Part shown: positions 61,142 to 64,000 of the stretch, one piece after another
Position numbering within the stretch: position 1 is the stretch's first letter
How the letters are laid out: each line of letters begins with the position of its first letter
Assembly (NCBI RefSeq): GCF_037042905.1
Contig: NC_087245.1
Coordinates: 21,516,001-21,580,000, forward strand
Direction: 5' to 3'
Length of the DNA: 64,000 nt
DNA from: Lytechinus pictus
Taxonomy: Eukaryota
Translations under genes and position numbers: made by a program
The notes under the pieces: generated by a model
What the model was told of the DNA's origin: nothing
Databases searched by the model: none
What the model saw: only the letters and a program-made list of their open reading frames with translations

Positions 61142-64000
61142 AAAAATAAAATGATTGGAATTGATTAGATTATTTTCAAACGTTCCCGGGTCTTCATCAT
61201 GCTGACTGAAGATCTAGAAAAAGAATGGATCTTATTACGAGGCACAAACCATTTGGAGAATGTATAAGAAATTATGAACTGTCTATTGCAAAAGGAGAAG
61301 AAAAAACAACAGCAATTCAAGTGTGAAATCTTCTGAAAATTGAATGTTTTATATGCAATTCATTCACTCTATGTTGGGATCTCATATAGGAAATATCTCT
61401 GATTTTGCACCGAGTTCTCATGATTTGGAATGACTTAATAGTGAATTACGAAATGAAACTGGAGAAATTTCTTGTTGTATAATTTCATTTAACATGTTAT
61501 AAAAAACAATTCTACATTCAACCAGCCTGCCCGAGTTCTGTTTAACTTTTACATGATCATGTTCTTCAAACGTGTGTAGTTACTATTTTAATTGCCGTAC
61601 ATTCGATATTTTTGGAGGGGGGGGGGGTGGGCAAGAAAAATATTGAAATTGTACAAGAGCATATGCAAGTAAGGGAGAGAAGAACCCTTGGCTCTGTTTC
61701 ATAAAGCCTTGTTGTAGCAATAAAATAATGCACAATTTCTGTAGCAAGTTTACTACCAGCCAATAAGTAACTTACAATTTTTACTGCACATTTGTTACTA
61801 CTCAAGGTTTTATGAAATTGGCCTCAGGTTAAACACCTGGGAGTTGTTTTTCCTTACATTTTCATACTGAAATTAAAGGAGTGCATAATGTGAATAAGTT
61901 GTTGCAAGATTTATTATAAGAAAGTGTATTTTAAAACTTTTGTCCCCATCCCATATCGGTCTTCTGTAATAAGAAATTACACTCTATGGAGTCTAAGCAG
62001 ATAAATTTCATCACAGAATTGAAAAGCACACCACCGTTTGTTTGCCTGTTTGTAAGCAATATATATTTCTTCCACCCTTAAATCTTTCTCATTTTGAAAT
62101 ACTAGATTTCAATACTTCATTTGTATGTCAAGCAATAAAACATTCTTTTAGTTATCAAATACTATATATCAACAAATGACCAATATCAATGATATCAGAC
62201 ACGTTTCTTGCATAACAAAGTATCATTCATGAAATACATACACATGTTCATTTAGATGTGGTTTGTATTTGTGTTATTTCAAGGAGAAATTCTCCCTGGT
62301 ATCAAGTTAAGAAAAAAAAAAAACCATTAATGAAGGTTTGATGAAAAGCCATCAATATCAAAGGATAGCAGAGTTATTAATTAGTCAAAAAACTATGTTA
62401 CCTCACTTGCCTACTGTTTCCCCATATGCTGTATTACAAATTCCATAAATTCCCCCTTTTCCCCCCGTTTCGTGACTGAGCAAATTTTATTCTTTTTAGA
62501 GAGAAAGGTGTTTGACATACTGTCATATTTAGTACAGAGGTAAACCTTATATTTGAAATTTCTATAGTACAAGTAACATTAATAATCATAAATAATTCAT
62601 AACACTGTTAATCTTTGATGGGTTAGAAATATACATTATGTGTCTAATTTTCTGCTTTAATGAATGTTGTGATTGCCTTCTACTTTGAAGATATCTTTTT
62701 TCTTTATAATCGATATTTTACCTATATTCCAAAGGAAAATGATGAGATGTTAAGATTGCATAGCAATCATGTGTTAAATTGGGATGATATTGTATGTATT
62801 CTATTTAATTTTCAACTGCTTTGTAGTTTTTAAAATGTTTATTTATTTTGGTGACTTTGTATGAGAGGAGACAGGGGAATCGTTTTCTGTAAAGGGAGAC
62901 TTTTAGGTGTCCCGTTTTAGAAATCTTTGATATTCTAGAATAATAAATTTGAGCTGATTTAAACATGAAGTTAGAAGTTCATTTCTCAAAAATGGTTTTA
63001 TAAGCAATTTCTTCCAGAAAACGCATGAGGAGCTTTTCTGAAAGGTCTTGATCCTTTATTTGCCTTCATTTTGCAACAAAGAAGGGTATTGTAGTAATAA
63101 AACTACTACAATTCTTCAAAATGTACTTCAAGTTTTGTAGTTATTCAAGAAATGCCTTTTAATTTGTTTCATGGCTTTGTTGCCAATACTGTGCTTTATT
63201 CAAAATCAGAGAAAGTCAAATTATTGTACATAAATTATTTTATGTATTGTAAATAATACATTTTTTAACCAGATTCTATTATACTCCATGAAGTTGGGTA
63301 TGAAATAAGTATTCATGTTATTCCAGTCATATCGGATCTTTCATTGATAGTTGTGGCGAAAGCAGTGTTGTAAATAATTTTTGTTTCAGGTGTATATTGC
63401 ATGTATGTACAAAAATGTGTTATTCAACCGTCCAATAATAAATGTTTGCTACTTGTAAAGAAATGTGAACAAATTTTTTTTTCCCATTCATTCTTGTCAA
63501 CCATTTTGAGACAGTGTGAGAGGAGTTTCAGGAATTCATGAAAATTGTTACTTTCTGGTGAATATAGTAAGCAGTCAGCTTATGAAAATTGACTAAAAAA
63601 TGCTATTCATTTTTTGAGTTTCTTCACAATTAATGACTGTAAATATGATGGGGTTCATGGGGAATCCTTATCTGGCCATTTGAGGGGCATTTGGATATAT
63701 TTCAATGCAAATTATGCGTATGTAGGAAAATGTAGGGGGTAAATACCCGAACAGACAATCATTTGTTTTATATTAACAGCATGAGACAAAAATAGAAGAA
63801 TGATTTAACACCCAAAATACTTGGACTGATTGATTTATTCTAGCACCTTATGGTAGGATATTGCAGCACAATAAAAACTGAGGCATTGTTTGCACATTCT
63901 ACTCTTGAATATTAATAACAATGTGTATGTAATCTACTTCACACAGTGATTAAACATAATAAAATTCCAGCAAGCCTTTTGAACTGAAATACAGGTAAAA

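Overview
AT-rich, intron-containing eukaryotic genomic DNA; the repeat types and gene content suggest a marine invertebrate deuterostome such as a sea urchin (inference). It contains two intact protein genes in divergent orientation. One is a single-coding-exon TRIM-NHL E3 ligase (minus strand, 25984-28017). The other is a multi-exon TTC25/ODAD4 ciliary dynein docking-complex gene (plus strand, 41701-61141) with an apparent alternative first coding exon and alternative terminal exons. There is one canonical tRNA-Ser(CGA), and probably a decayed Ig/FN3 cell-surface receptor pseudogene in the first 15.5 kb. The rest is dense, often nested, mobile DNA: hAT-, Kolobok-, piggyBac-, Tc1- and Harbinger-like MITEs, LINE fragments and SINEs. 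The most notable observations are a SINE with a 7SL (Alu-domain) head and a DeuSINE-like core, an RFX X-box cluster upstream of the TRIM-NHL gene, swappable N- and C-termini of ODAD4, a composite MITE that moved as a unit, and tiny P-element-like excision footprints. All calls were made by eye; no database searches were run.
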